From contig OZ024742.1 of assembly GCA_964016885.1 (NCBI GenBank), forward strand, positions 39,432,001-39,496,000: DNA of 64,000 nt. The letters run 5' to 3'. This stretch comes from Eledone cirrhosa (lineage: Eukaryota). The first letter of the stretch is position 1. Each line of letters starts with the position of its first letter. The notes under the pieces are model-generated. The model ran no database searches, was not told the origin of the DNA, and saw only the letters and a list, made by a program, of their open reading frames with translations. The position numbers and the translations under genes were made by a program. This document shows positions 1 through 12,689 of this stretch, piece by piece.

Positions 1-424
1 TATTTTTATTGTCATATGACAATAAAAATATCTAAAGACATAATGAAAACAAAACAAGATTAAATAAAAAAAAATAACTGACTATTATTTATTTTGGGTC
101 AACTTATTGAATTACAAGCTTAAGTAAAATAGATAGCCGCTCTCGGTGAAACGTCTCTCAATTGAAATGTTATCATAAGGAATTTTATATTTCATGTGAA
201 TACGAATAATTGGATATCTTTCAAAACAAGAATGTGGTGCTTGTCTCGGCTGGTGATCACGCCTTTAAAACATATTGCACAGAATGGAAGGAAGTAAAGC
301 AGTGTCAAACTATGCCTGACCTAACTGCTAAATAAGATATGTATGTACCATTTCTAAGAAATTAGTTGTATTTCAGTTTTTCTTCTCTTTTAGTTTAGAT
401 CAGATGTTTAAGTAGCAAATTTAA

Positions 425-679
425 CCCCTTCGTTACCATATTTTCAATGTAAAACACGCTGATTATTATTTTCAAATAATTGTGAAAATAATCAAGAATT
501 TGGAGGCGTTTAGTAATATAATTAACTTACTCCTTATTAAAATTGGGTTTAGAACTTAACTCAACTGTTCTTACATAAAGTTATGATGAGAGATTTGGGG
601 ATAAAAATAGACACTTTAGAACGAACAGTTTTGTGTCATGGAACCAAAGGCAGCTTCAGGCGGTTTGGTATCAAAACGG
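425..679. mobile_element. piggyBac-like non-autonomous element (MITE)
   Basis: TTAA at 421-424 and 680-683 flank imperfect inverted ends ccccttcgttacc / ggtatcaaaacgg. Confidence 0.6.
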
Positions 680-920
680 TTAAAAAACGAAATTAAATAG
701 AGCCTTACAGTGACTACATCCATCTGGTACATACAGTGTATATCATAACAAGGTTTTAGGAGCACCATCTAAAGAAGACGTCGCCAAAATGGGTGATATA
801 GAGCCACATGGCTCGATGAGACTAGATAGGGAGGTGTGGATGAAACTAATGGATTAAAACCTGGTATTTAAATAAAAAATGAACATACATAAAATAACAC
901 TGGTCAACTAAATTTTGCTT

Positions 921-1170
921 TTTTTTTCTGCTGACCTAAGTTTGAGACCTGTTGTTGAGTAATTTGAGGCCGCTGAGTTTAAAAATGACAATACTTGTTT
1001 CCTATCACGTCAAGCTTTTTAGGTCGATATTATTGATTGGTTCCTTCCGACAAAATTTCAGACCTTGTGTCGAGGTGAGAAAACATATGTTGAATATTAG
1101 AACAAAATGGACGACGCTATTAATTTGTGTCATTTTATATTTTCAGTTCATAGCCTAAGTCAGTAAAAAA
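921..1170. mobile_element. possible MITE with short imperfect TIRs
   Basis: ttttctgctgacctaag at left, cctaagtcagtaaaaaa at right; no clear TSD. Confidence 0.3.
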
Positions 1171-2464
1171 TGTGTCGAGACAAGTGTAATATGATAAAAT
1201 GCAACTTGATTATACAGATTTCTGATTTATATATAATTAGTGTTTATTGTCTATTATTTTATTTTCTGTTTACTGATTCATTTCTTTACTTTATGTCGAG
1301 CGACAAGACCAGGTAACGTTTACTTCGATGGCTCGTAGTAGTATCAATCGGCTCTTGGATTAACATGAACAACTCCAGTTCCAACCTTATTGCTTCAGTC
1401 ACAAACACCGGCACTGTCTCCTGTAGTACAGAAGAGCGGAAGAAAATACCACGACTAGACCGATTGTTTCCTTTTCGTGCCTGTCGTCGTCGAGAACTCC
1501 GTTGTCCTCGGTGACCGGACTGCCATTTTCCTCCGCAAAATTTGGAGAAGTGCATCCTACTTAAGGGAGAGATGCCGTGAGGTGGTACGACTGATGCGGC
1601 GGTTGTTGCTGACGTTTCTCCGTGCCAATGCTTTTGCCTGCCATCTTGTTTGCGGGCGCTGTTGAGATATACCACCTATTCAGGTGCGTAGAATCAGCTC
1701 CTCCTTGCTTCCTCCTTTCTTCATTGTATACTTCTGTTCAACAATGAATTCATTCAGTTTGTCCTATACCTTGTCATACTGTGTAAGTGTTACCTTGGTC
1801 TTGGGCTTTGATTCTTCCCATTCTCAATGCTAAGAGTCAGGGACCATGGACAATCTATAAGCCCATAATTTTCATCGGGAAAATAGTGATATCGGTGGGT
1901 CCCGAATCCTCGTCCAACCATTACTCGGAATCTGGCTACCGAGTCGCAGCTCACCCGCCTTCATCACAAAGATGAAGCTGTTGGCTATTTGCAAGGTTGT
2001 CATTCAGATGACTAATGAGTCCCATATACCTTCAAAAGATACAGCTAACCTAGGCTAGCCAGTTCTGTCTACCCGTATTGGATGACCGTTGACTCTCCTC
2101 AGTTCCCAAAATCACCCTTCTCTTTAAGAAAGCTTGGTGGGGTTGCTAGTTTAGTCAGTGACGATTCGACCATTGCAACAGTTTGTATTGGGTTATATAT
2201 TAACCAGTAGCGCTCGAGAACGATCTGACATAATGCTACCACGGATCAGCATTTATGTTTATAAACAATTGCGTACTTCAAGTCTTTCTGACGTATTTAT
2301 TTATTGTAAAAACCTAGTAATGACAAATTACCGCAGATCTCTTTCACCTCCCTATTAGTCTGTCTGTCTATCTGTCTGTTTGTCTTTCTCCCTCTCTTTC
2401 CATATTTCTCCCTCTTTTTCCCTCTCACATTACCTGCTTCTATCACATTTTGACTATCTCTCTT

Positions 2465-2499
<35 letters not shown>

Positions 2500-2694
2500 T
2501 AACATCTGTTTATCAGTCTCTGACAAAGGCACGCCCCCCCCATCCCCTTAGGGTTACTACGTTTACTAACATCCTCACTCAATATCTTGTTTATTTGTGA
2601 CGTTCACTTCAAAGCAACAATAAAAAGCTGAGTGTTCTCTTCCTCTACCACCACACTTACTCTCTCTTTCTATCTCTACCACTCTCTTTATCTA

Positions 2695-2860
2695 TCTACC
2701 TACTTACCTACCTACCTACCTACCTACCTACCTACCTACCTACCTACCTACCTACTTACCTACCTACCTACCTACCTACCTACCTACCTACCTACCTACT
2801 TACCTACCTACCTACCTACCTACATACCTACCTACCTACCTACTTACCTACCTACCTATC

Positions 2861-2891
<31 letters not shown>

Positions 2892-2892
2892 C
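2695..2892. repeat. (CCTA)n/(CTAT)n microsatellite
   Basis: direct reading; source of the TYLP ORF. Confidence 0.95.
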
Positions 2893-3072
2893 TCTTTATT
2901 TATCACTCTCTATTTATCCATCTCTTTCTCTCACACGTTCTATCTATCTCTTTCTCTCTCCCTCACACACACACACTCTCTCTCTATCTATCTCTTTTTC
3001 TCCTCTCACTCTCTCCTCCCCTTTCCCTCTCTCTCTTTCTCCTGGTAACTGTAAACATGATGTAGCTTAACT

Positions 3073-3274
3073 CATCGGTCGCCAACCTTTCGGACCTCAC
3101 GGACCTCACGAACCTCATGGACCCCATGGACCACTAAATTCATAATTTTAAATCCTGCCGACCACTAATATGATTAAAAAAAAAAAAGATAAATGCATTA
3201 ACATTTTTCTGCGGACCACCAAAACTTTCTCTCGGGCCTCCAGTGGTCCGCGGACCACTGGTTGTCGACCGCTG
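3073..3274. mobile_element. hAT-type MITE
   Basis: TIRs catcggtcgccaacc / ggttgtcgaccgctg, internal ggacc subterminal repeats, 8-bp TSD gcttaact / gcttaaca. Confidence 0.85.
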
Positions 3275-3719
3275 GCTTAACACACGCCAGTTAGAATGAC
3301 TGATACAGGATTGGGTATCGCTTGCTGTTCTCTGGGACAATGATTCCGCCACCTTGTCCGCAGTTGAGATGTACCGCCCAGTCAAGGTTATACAGTTAAT
3401 CCTGTGAGGTGGAATGACTGATGCAGCGGGTATCGCTGGCTGTTCTCTGATTTCGCTACCTTATTCGCAGCTGAGAGGTGCCACAAAACCGAGGATGTAG
3501 GAATTTTACCTCCATTTCTCCGCTTTTTTCTTCCTTCCCAGTATGTTATTATAAATGTAGCATTTCTTTCATGTATAAAGATTTTTAAAAAATTGTCTTT
3601 GGCGGAGGGATGGCCGTGTGGCTAAATAGTGCACTTCCCAGCCTTGTGGTTCTGTGTTCAATCCTCTAGCTCGTATTCCGTTATTTACAACTATTGATGC
3701 ACCTCTATATATTATTTTG

Positions 3720-3950
3720 ATTGTTCAATGAACAAGAAAACAGCCTGCTCATGAAATTAACGTATAAGTGGTGAGACTGCGTGACAAGGCTTATCCTTTG
3801 AATTACAGCTACTGCATCCATCAACTCAATTTCACTCATAACGCCTCGATCGACCCGATTCTATGGTAAATGACATACGCCCAATATGTCACGAACCAGA
3901 GATTTAATTGTTGCGAAGCGAACATCTTAACCATTCGGCCACACTGGATC
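3720..3950 (-). mobile_element. tRNA-derived SINE (degenerate)
   Basis: A-box-like tggccgaatggt, B-box-like ggttcg; body gtagctgtaattcaaagga shared with the copy at 4463. Confidence 0.65.
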
Positions 3951-4462
3951 CACAAATACAGATAAAAGCAATTTGCGAACAGTTTAAAAGTACAATATTG
4001 TAAAAGAAAGATAGAAATATTTTCTTTCTTACAATCACTATTACAAGGATATAACATTGCATAATACTTCAAAAGTCTTCGTATCTTGACGTAGAATAAA
4101 TAAGTATCTCACGAAATTGCAACATGCAAAAAAAAAAAAAAAAAAATAGCCAAAGGTATTTATTTCATTGAAACTAAATATCTGATGTCTTCTTACGTAG
4201 ATCACATGTTGGGCGTTTTCTACAGATCAATAACACACATCTCCCCCTCCAGTTCTCTCCATATATCTTTCCTATTCTCCCTCCTCTCTCCCTCCTCTCA
4301 TTTCTTTTTGCAGTTATTCTTTGGGGTATTTATCCTGTCATTTTTGTCAGTTTAGTTTAGATCTATTTTAAGTGCTTTCGTGCACTCCCCTTCTATTTTC
4401 AAAGTAAATTTATATAGAAAATAAAACACACCCTTTTTTATCTTCATTTACTACTGTTATGT

Positions 4463-4745
4463 GAAGGTGCATGGTTTTGTGGTCATGGTGTTCGGTTCAC
4501 AATTGCAAGGTCGTTAGTTCGATTCCCGGTGGCGGACACTTTATTTCCCGTTGCTCAATTCCACTCAGCTGGAAAAAATAAGATGTAGCTGTAATTCAAA
4601 GGACCAGCCATGTTACAAACTGCTGTACGCTGAATCTCCCTGAGAACTACGTTAAGGGTACACGTGTCTGTGAAATACTCAACCAACTGCACATTCATTT
4701 CACGAGCAGTCTGTTCCATTGATCGAACAACTAGCATACTGGTGT
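4463..4745 (+). mobile_element. tRNA-derived SINE
   Basis: tRNA-like head with B box gttcgattcc, then ccactcagctg and gtagctgtaattcaaagga body. Confidence 0.75.
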
Positions 4746-4814
4746 TCGGAACCGGCGGATTTCAACACCAATGTTATCCACCCGAGAAACACGGTGATGG
4801 AATTAGTGTGTGTG

Positions 4815-5010
4815 AATTATCGTTTCTAATTCAGGCACCGGGCCAGCAATTTTGACCGAGGAAAAAGTCAAATATATCGATTTAGTACTTAACTGATATT
4901 TCATTTTATCGACACCAAAAAGGAAATGCAATGTTGGCCTCAAGATTTGAACCCAGAATGTAATACCGAAGCATTTAATCTGACGATTTGACAGTTCTGC
5001 CAATCCATCA
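4815..5010 (-). mobile_element. tRNA-derived SINE, second family (degenerate)
   Basis: ggattggcag head, gggttcaaatc B box, gtcgataaaat core, tgctggcc..tgcct..agaaac tail as in the 23561 copy. Confidence 0.7.
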
Positions 5011-5269
5011 CAGTAAGTTTCTGGATGTTTTGACGTTCAGTGTTTCTGAGCAAACCGCCATCTTAAATTGAAAATAAAATCTGAAATTCAGTCAATTGAT
5101 AAAGTAAAATTTCAATATAATTTCTAAACTGTCAGAATTAAAACTATAGAAAATATTTTTTATCAATTTGAAATAGATAGATAAATAAACAAACAATGCA
5201 CTTTAGTTCATGTTGCTGAAGTTTACACAGATGAAAAATGAGCAGCAGCAGCTGGTGTTAATCTTAGAC

Positions 5270-5427
<158 letters not shown>

Positions 5428-5499
5428 AAAAAGAGATGAAATCGAAAATGCAACTGGAGTCTTATTTTAAAAAAAATATATATATATATTTATTTGGTT

Positions 5500-5537
5500 C
5501 CTTTACCGGTTTCGCAGTTCTTCTGCTTTTCAAAAGG
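5500..5537 (-). ncRNA. minimal type I hammerhead, U3-A8 core variant
   Basis: cctt TTGAAAA gcag-aagaa-ctgc GAAA ccgg TA aagg; palindromic stem III ACCGGT. Confidence 0.75.
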
Positions 5538-6901
5538 TGAGTTGAGATGGAGGGTCTGTGGTTTTTCTCACATCTGGTTGGTCTCTGAATGTTACTTGTT
5601 TTGTATGGAAAAAGTGGCTCGAAATGCCAGGTTTTTCGAGAAGTAATTTGATTGGTTTGTCAATAATTATAATAAATTTCGCGCCAGTTCGCGTTACAAT
5701 GGTTCTTCAAATAAGGGGGGGGGGGGGGGTTGTCACAGATTGTTTTTTCATATATGAGTGTTTGAATTTCTTTTTACTTGAAAAAAAGGGGCTCACGAAG
5801 GCTTTTTTTTGGTTGGTTATAAATGAAATTATGGCTGTCACGTGAACAAGTTTTCATTAAATTTTCGTGTCCTTATTTGGAAATCCATTCTGTAGTCTTT
5901 TTAGAGAATTTTGTGATAAGTGAAAGATATTGGTCAAGAGAAAGGGATGGGAGAATTGTTCTGGTTCAGTGAATATGGTTAGTTCGCTGGAGTGTCAGAA
6001 TTCAGATTTTCTATTGAATAAAGAAAGTAAAGATATATATGTTTATTTGTGTGCTTGTGTGTGTGTGCGTGTGTGTGTGTGTTGTGTGTGTGTGTGTTTG
6101 AATTTCTTTACTTTAAAAAAAGGTGGCTCACGAAGGCTTTTTTTTAATAAACGTGATTTGATTGGTTATAAATGAAATTTGGCTGTCACGTGAACAAGTT
6201 TTCATTACATTTTTGCGCCCTTATTTGGAAATCTATTCTGTAGCCTTTATAGAGAATGTTATGACAATGGAAAGATAGTGGTCAAGAGAAATGGGATTGG
6301 GAGAATTGTTCTGGTTCAGTGAATATGGTTAGTTCGCTGGGGTGTCAGAGTTCAGATTTTCTATTGAAGTAAAGATATGTATGTTTATTTGTGTGCTTGT
6401 GTGTGTGTGTGTGTGTGTGTGTATTGGAAGATGATTCTATTAGTAGAAATGGGGGGAGGGAGTTGTGTGTGTGTGTATATGGGTGTTATGTGTGGGAGTA
6501 TGTTAAGATGGAGAGAATATATATTTTGTGTGTGTGTATATATGTGTGTAGGAAAGTGGTTCTATTAGTAGAAATTGGGGAGGGGAGTTGTGGGTGTGGG
6601 GGTTGTTATGTGTGTGTATGGGTGTTATGTGTGTGGGAGTATGGTTAGCATGTTAAGATGAAAAGAATATATATATATATATATTGTGTGTGTGTGTGTG
6701 TGTGTGTCTGTGTAGGAAAATGATTCCTTTAGTAGGAATATTTTTGAATGAACATATTTTCCTTACTTATTCGTATTTGTTCTGTTGTATTGTTAGTGCA
6801 AACGTATGTTAAGGTTTATTTAGTTCGGGTTTTTATTTTCTAAAGTAGAAGGTGTTATGTGTGTGTGTGTATGTCATATTATGGTGTTGACATAATGTAT
6901 A

Positions 6902-9170
6902 TTAAACCATATTTAATGTTGGTCTATATTTTTGAATAAACATATTTTCCTTATTTATTCGTATTTGTTCTGTTGTATTGTTAGCGCAAAGGTAAAATGG
7001 GAAGACTTGGAATTTGGGTGTCTTATTACTTGCGCAAATGTCTAGATATGCACTTAGTGGTATCTGTCTCGTGGTTGGATCTCGTAATTGTTGGCGATGA
7101 ACTGTCATTCTGTTTCTGAGTGTGAGTTTAGTTTGTCCTATATAATCTTCATTGCATCCTTGACATTTAACGGCATAAACTAGATTTTTTGATGAGCAAG
7201 TGAAGTGATTTTTTACAGTAAAATTTTGTCCTGATTTAAATGTATACGTGTTGCCTTCAATGAGGTGAGTGCAGGTTCCACAATTAGAGCGACCACATTT
7301 TTTGATACTTGGTTGTGGGTTTGTGGTAGGTAATTTGGCATTGGTGAGTAATGTTTTCAGTGATTTTGGTTGTCTTTTGCTTTTGATTATTTTGTGTGTT
7401 TCAAGGGCTTTTTTCATTCTTGGGTTTTGTTTTAGTAGTAGGATGTTCTTGTGAATAGTGTTGTAAGCTTCCGTATTTCTTGGGTTGTGTGTTGAGATAT
7501 ATGATAGAATATTGGACGTACCTTGAATTTGTTTCTGTTTCCGTAATTCATCAATGCCTATTGCTTTAGCCCTTTCTATTCCATTATTTATTAGTAATAG
7601 TGGGTACTCTCTCTCGAGTAGAATTTCCTTTAATTCTTGAAGTCTTTTATTTCGCGTTTAATAATTGGAGACAATTGTGCAAATTCTTCTTGCTAGGTTA
7701 AAAGGAATGTTCGTCTTCGTGTGCTTTGGATGGTTGGAGGTGAATAGCAGGTATTGTTTGGAATCTGTTGGTTTGTAGTGTATGTCAGTTTCGATATTTG
7801 TGTCTTTTTTTAAGATTAAGATGTCCAGAAATGGGAGGTGATCTTGGCTGTATTCCATTGTGAATTGGATGTGGTTATTGATGCCGTTTATTAAGTTTTT
7901 GAAATCCTTCAGTTGGTCGAGTGTGTGGGACCAAAGAATGAGGCAATCATCCAAGTAGCGTTTCCAATTCTCTCATAAATATTTGTGGAAGTTAAATCCG
8001 TATTTTGATTTGGACTGTTCATATATCTGGACTTCTAAGTATGCCATGACTAAGTTGGCATAAGTTGGAGCTGCTTTTGTACCCATCGCAGTCCCCGATA
8101 TTTGCTTGTAAGTATTGCCATCGAAATCAAAAAAGTTGTTCTGTAAAATGAATTTTAATCCCTCGGTGATGAAGCTTTTTTCTATTCTGTCAGGTATCTC
8201 ATTGGGATATTTCTCTAGCCAGAATCCTATTGCTTCTAGTCCGTATTGGTGTGGGAACGTTGTGTAGAGATTCACTACATCGAAATACACAATAATAGTG
8301 TCGTTGTTGACATGTTTGGGGAGGTGGTTTAAGAGGGCCAGATCGTCTCTTACAAGGCTTGGTATGTGTTTCAGTATTGGTTTCAGTAGTATGTCTATAA
8401 AGTTGCTCAGTCTGTGTGTTTCACATTGTGGGCCCGCTACAATTGGTCTTAATTTAAGGTCTGTGGGGTATTGTGTGTTCACGCAGGCTGAGGTGGATTG
8501 TTTACAGGCATCGTTGATTATTTTACACTTCTGGATCTTCGGAAGTCCGTAAAGGTTGCTGGTTTTGTATTCAAAATTTGTTAAATAATCACGTTCCTTT
8601 TTAGTTAGGTCTTCCTGGTATCAATAAATCAGTGTGTTTAATTTGGTCATTATTTTTGTTTGCTGGTAGTTTTTTACTCTTTCATAGTAATTAGTATTTT
8701 GTAAGAGAGAGAACAGAATTTTTATATTTTTCAGCCTCCATAATGACAACAGTACTTCCCTTGTCCGCTTCCTTAATTATAATGTCCGTATTGTTTTTTA
8801 GTTCATGGATAATCTCCCATTCCCTTCGACTCGTGTTGGGTTTGGGTTTAGGTTGCGGTAGTTCATGGTATGGGAAGGTAGCTATGTGGTCACAAAATTT
8901 GTCCAGAACCCTGTTTCTACCTTTTGTTGGGTTGTAGCTGCTTTTATTCCGTACAATTGATTCGTCGTTATCCTCCTTGTCAAAGAATTCCTCTGTGAGA
9001 CGTAATTTTCTACAGCAGTGTGAGATATCGTCATTTATCTCATTGGGGTTAGAGTATTGTGGTGTTGGTGTGAATTTCAGTCCTTTGGAGAGAATTTTTA
9101 CTTGTTGGGCTGAGAGGTTTATATTTGAAAGGTTAATTATTTTCGGTTTTTCAAAATCGGTTTGTGCCAC
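6902..9170 (-). pseudogene. PLE reverse transcriptase / GIY-YIG endonuclease, frameshifted
   Basis: LSKGLKFTPTP, ADKG, LRPIVAG, GTAMGTKAAPTYAN, WKRYLDDC (7945-7970), CGRSNCGTC linker, NLVYAVKC..C...YIGQT. Confidence 0.95.
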
Positions 9171-10181
9171 CGGGTGTCGTGAGTCCTGTAGCCTTGGTAT
9201 AAAAAATGATTTTTCTGGAATGTTTTTTCAATGGTATTATTATATCTAATGGTATTTCCCCTGTTGTTGTGTGGTCTTGTATAGAAGTTTCGGACGTATT
9301 GAGGTTCGGTTTGTTGATAGTCCGGGTTGTAGATTAATTGTGGAACCTGCACTCACCTCATTGAAGGCAACACTATACATTTAAATCAGGACAAAATTTT
9401 ACTGTAAAAAATCACTTCACTTGCTCATCAAAAAATCTAATTTATGCCATTAAATGTAAAGGATGCAATGAAGATTATATAGGACAAACTAAACTCACAC
9501 TCAGAAACAGAATGACAGTTCATCGCCAACAATTACGAGATCCAACCACGAGACAGATACCACTAAGTGCATATCTAGCCATTTGCGCAAGTAATAAGAC
9601 ACCCAAATTCCAAGTCTTCCCATTTTACCTTTGCGCTAACAATACAACAGAACAAATACGAATAAATAAGGAAAATATGTTTATTCAAAAATATAGACCA
9701 ACATTAAATATGGTTTAATATACATTATGTCAACACAATAATATGACATACACACACACACATAACACCTTCTACTTTAGAAAATAAAAACCCGAACTAA
9801 ATAAACCTTAACATACGTTTGCACTGACAATACAACAGAACAAATACGAATAAGTAAGGAAAATATGTTCATTCAAAAATATTCCTACTAAAGGAATCAT
9901 TTTCCTACACACACACACAATGTATATATATATATATATTCTCTTCATCTTAACATGCTAACCATACTCCCACACACATAACACCCATACACACACATAA
10001 CAACCCCCACACCCACAACTCCCCTCCCCCATTTCTACTAATAGAACCACTTTCCTACACACATATATACACACACACAAAATATATATTCTCTCCATCT
10101 TAACATACTCCCACACATAACACCCATATACACACACACACAACTCCCTCCCCCCATTTCTACTAATAGAATCATCTTCCA

Positions 10182-10212
<31 letters not shown>

Positions 10213-10943
10213 AGCACACAAATAAACATACATATCTTTACTTCAATAGAAAATCTGAACTCTGACACCCCAGCGAACTAACCATATTCACTGAACCAGA
10301 ACAATTCTCCCAATCCCATTTCTCTTGACCACTATCTTTCCATTGTCATAACATTCTCTATAAAGGCTACAGAATAGATTTCCAAATAAGGGCGCAAAAA
10401 TGTAATGAAATCTTGTTCACGTGACAGCCAAATTTCATTTATAACCAATCAAATCACGTTTATTAAAAAAAAGCCTTCGTGAGCCACCTTTTTTTAAAGT
10501 AAAGAAATTCAAACGCACACACAACACACACACACGCACACACACACAAGCACACAAATAAACATACATATCTTTACTTTCTTTATTCAATAGAAAATCT
10601 GAATTCTGACACCCCAGCGAACTAACCATATTCACTGAACCAGAACAATTCTCCCATCCCTTTCTCTTGACCATTATCTTTCACTTATCACAAAATTCTC
10701 TAAAAAGGCTACAGAATGGATTTCCAAATAAGGACACGAAAATTTAATGAAAACTTGTTCACGTGACAGCCATAATTTCATTTATAACCAACCAAAAAAA
10801 AGCCTTCGTGAGCCCCTTTTTTCAAGTAAAAAGAAATTCAAACACTCATATATGAAAAAAACAACCTGTGACACCCCCCCCCTCTTATTTGAAGAACTAT
10901 TGTAACGCGAACTGGCGCGAAATTTATTATAATTATTGACAAA

Positions 10944-11000
10944 CCAATCAAATTACTTCTCGAAAAACCTGGCATTTCGAGCCACTTTTTCCATATAAAA
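10944..11000 (+). promoter_or_regulatory. putative pLTR Pol II promoter (CCAAT + TATA)
   Basis: ccaat 10944-10948, tataaaa 10994-11000, ~60 nt upstream of the hammerhead. Confidence 0.45.
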
Positions 11001-11061
11001 CAAGTAACATTCAGAGACCAACCAGATGTGAGAAAAACCACAGACCCTCCATCTCAACTCA

Positions 11062-11099
11062 CCTTTTGAAAAGCAGAAGAACTGCGAAACCGGTAAAGG
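11062..11099 (+). ncRNA. minimal type I hammerhead, U3-A8 core variant
   Basis: identical 38-nt motif to 5500-5537. Confidence 0.75.
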
Positions 11100-11372
11100 A
11101 ACCAAATATATATATATATATTTAAAAAAAAAAAATAAGACTCCAGTTGCATTTTCGATTTCATCTCTTTTTCTTTATACTTTCACTCGTGTAGGACACC
11201 TCGGTTATTTTTCATTTTGTAAAAAAAACCTCACTTTCTAATATATATATATATATATATATAGTAATAATAATAAAATTGAAGACTAAAATCCAAAGAG
11301 GGCTCGATAAGGAAAATATATATCAAATATATAAGAACCGTAGAGCAAATATTTATTAAAATAACAGATTAA

Positions 11373-11423
11373 ATTTTAAGCAAAGAATCGCTGCTTTCAC
11401 CCTTAACGGGATCTTCTGAAACT
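11373..11423 (-). ncRNA. type I hammerhead-like motif, A4 core variant
   Basis: CAGAAGA core, ccc/ggg stem II, GAAA, stem III AGCAG/TTGCT; one mismatch in stem I. Confidence 0.6.
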
Positions 11424-11830
11424 AACAAAGTCAATCTGTAAACGCAGAACTGGATATTTCAAAAAACGTTGCAACCGGAGGAAGACAGGAAGACGATACT
11501 TTGGTTCGTGGTAACGTTCGCTGGCAAAGAACGGGAAAAAACGAATAATACGTCATTAATAGGAGCGGTGAAAAACAATTACGCGCAAAGACAAAACCAC
11601 GTTTATGCTATAAAAGAGGTCGTAGACTAATGTTCTCTTAGGTGGTGCATAGAGACGTTCTCTGGCAATGAACGAAAAAACGAAGATAATAAGTCATATG
11701 TCATATTATTCGTTTTTTCCCGTTCTTTGCCAGCGAACGTTACCACGAACCAAAGTATCGTCTTCCTGTCTTCCTCCGGTTGCAACGTTTTTTGAAATAT
11801 CCAGTTCTGCGTTTACAGATTGACTTTGTT

Positions 11831-11881
11831 AGTTTCAGAAGATCCCGTTAAGGGTGAAAGCAGCGATTCTTTGCTTAAACT
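11831..11881 (+). ncRNA. type I hammerhead-like motif, A4 core variant
   Basis: agttt CAGAAGA tcccgttaagggt GAAA gcagcgattctttgc TT aaact. Confidence 0.65.
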
Positions 11882-12097
11882 TTAATCTGTTATTTTAATA
11901 AATATATATATATATATATATACATACACACACACTCACACATATATATATGTATTCATACATACACACCACATACACACACACTCAAACACATATATAT
12001 ATGCATTCATACATACACACCACATACTCACATACACACACACATATATATGTATATACACACACACACATACACACACACATATATATACATTATT

Positions 12098-12265
12098 AGA
12101 GGGTCGGACGCCATGCTTTGACGTATAGAGTTACGGCCCTTGCCATTCTGAGTTCAAATCCCGTCGATGTTAACTTTGCTTTTCATCCTTACGGGGTCGA
12201 TAAAATAAAGTACCAGTAATGCACTGGGTAATTGCTGGCCTTATGCCAAACGTAGAAACAATTAT
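12098..12265 (+). mobile_element. tRNA-derived SINE, 5'-truncated
   Basis: gagttcaaatccc B box and tttcatccttacggggtcgataaaataaagtaccag core. Confidence 0.85.
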
Positions 12266-12274
12266 ATTATATTA

Positions 12275-12560
12275 TTCATTTATGTTCATACACGGAACAA
12301 AAACCCTACCGAGACCTACCAACACATCTTACACCAAAATGGTTCTCGAAAATGTATATGTTGTTCGTAGATCGACGGTGAGATGGCACCCACTGGCACC
12401 GAAAAATTCAATATTAATTCTATTAAGTACCCAACTAGAGTTAAGGACTTAGTCCCGTTCGAAGCCGACCTGTTGGATATAGTCACAACAGTAAAATTTC
12501 GTAAGTACCATAATTCCTTCCAGCATACACTTCTAAAAGACACAAAAAGATTCAAGTTTG
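12275..12560 (+). pseudogene. N-terminal fragment of a Hydra-type PLE ORF
   Basis: KTLPRP..SY....RWH followed by KYP...DLVPFEADLLDIVTTVKFRKYHNSFQHTL resembles the PLE N-terminal region. Confidence 0.55.
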
Positions 12561-12689
12561 GAGCTTGAAACCTTGGCTAGCGCTTTTGTTCCTATATGAA
12601 CGTAAATGAATAATATATTTCTGCTCTCTTCCCTGATTGAGCACTTTTCCTTTTTCCTTTTCACATCTATAAATATTGCTACATATACA

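Larger units (their letters stand above)
9335..11241 (+). mobile_element. inverted 3' arm of the same PLE (GIY-YIG end + pLTR + tail)
   Basis: reverse complement of 5424-7287 plus ~60 extra nt; ORF 9512-9718 is near-identical to the C-terminus of 6902-7417. Confidence 0.95.
11262..11905. mobile_element. two-armed (inverted) PLE pLTR insertion
   Basis: 11350-11550 is the reverse complement of 11705-11903; same family as 17190-17540 and 54806-54948; (TA)n on both sides. Confidence 0.85.

Noticed and set aside
130-165. gccg/cggt hairpin + GAAACGTC
   Set aside because: No CUGANGA core or stem I
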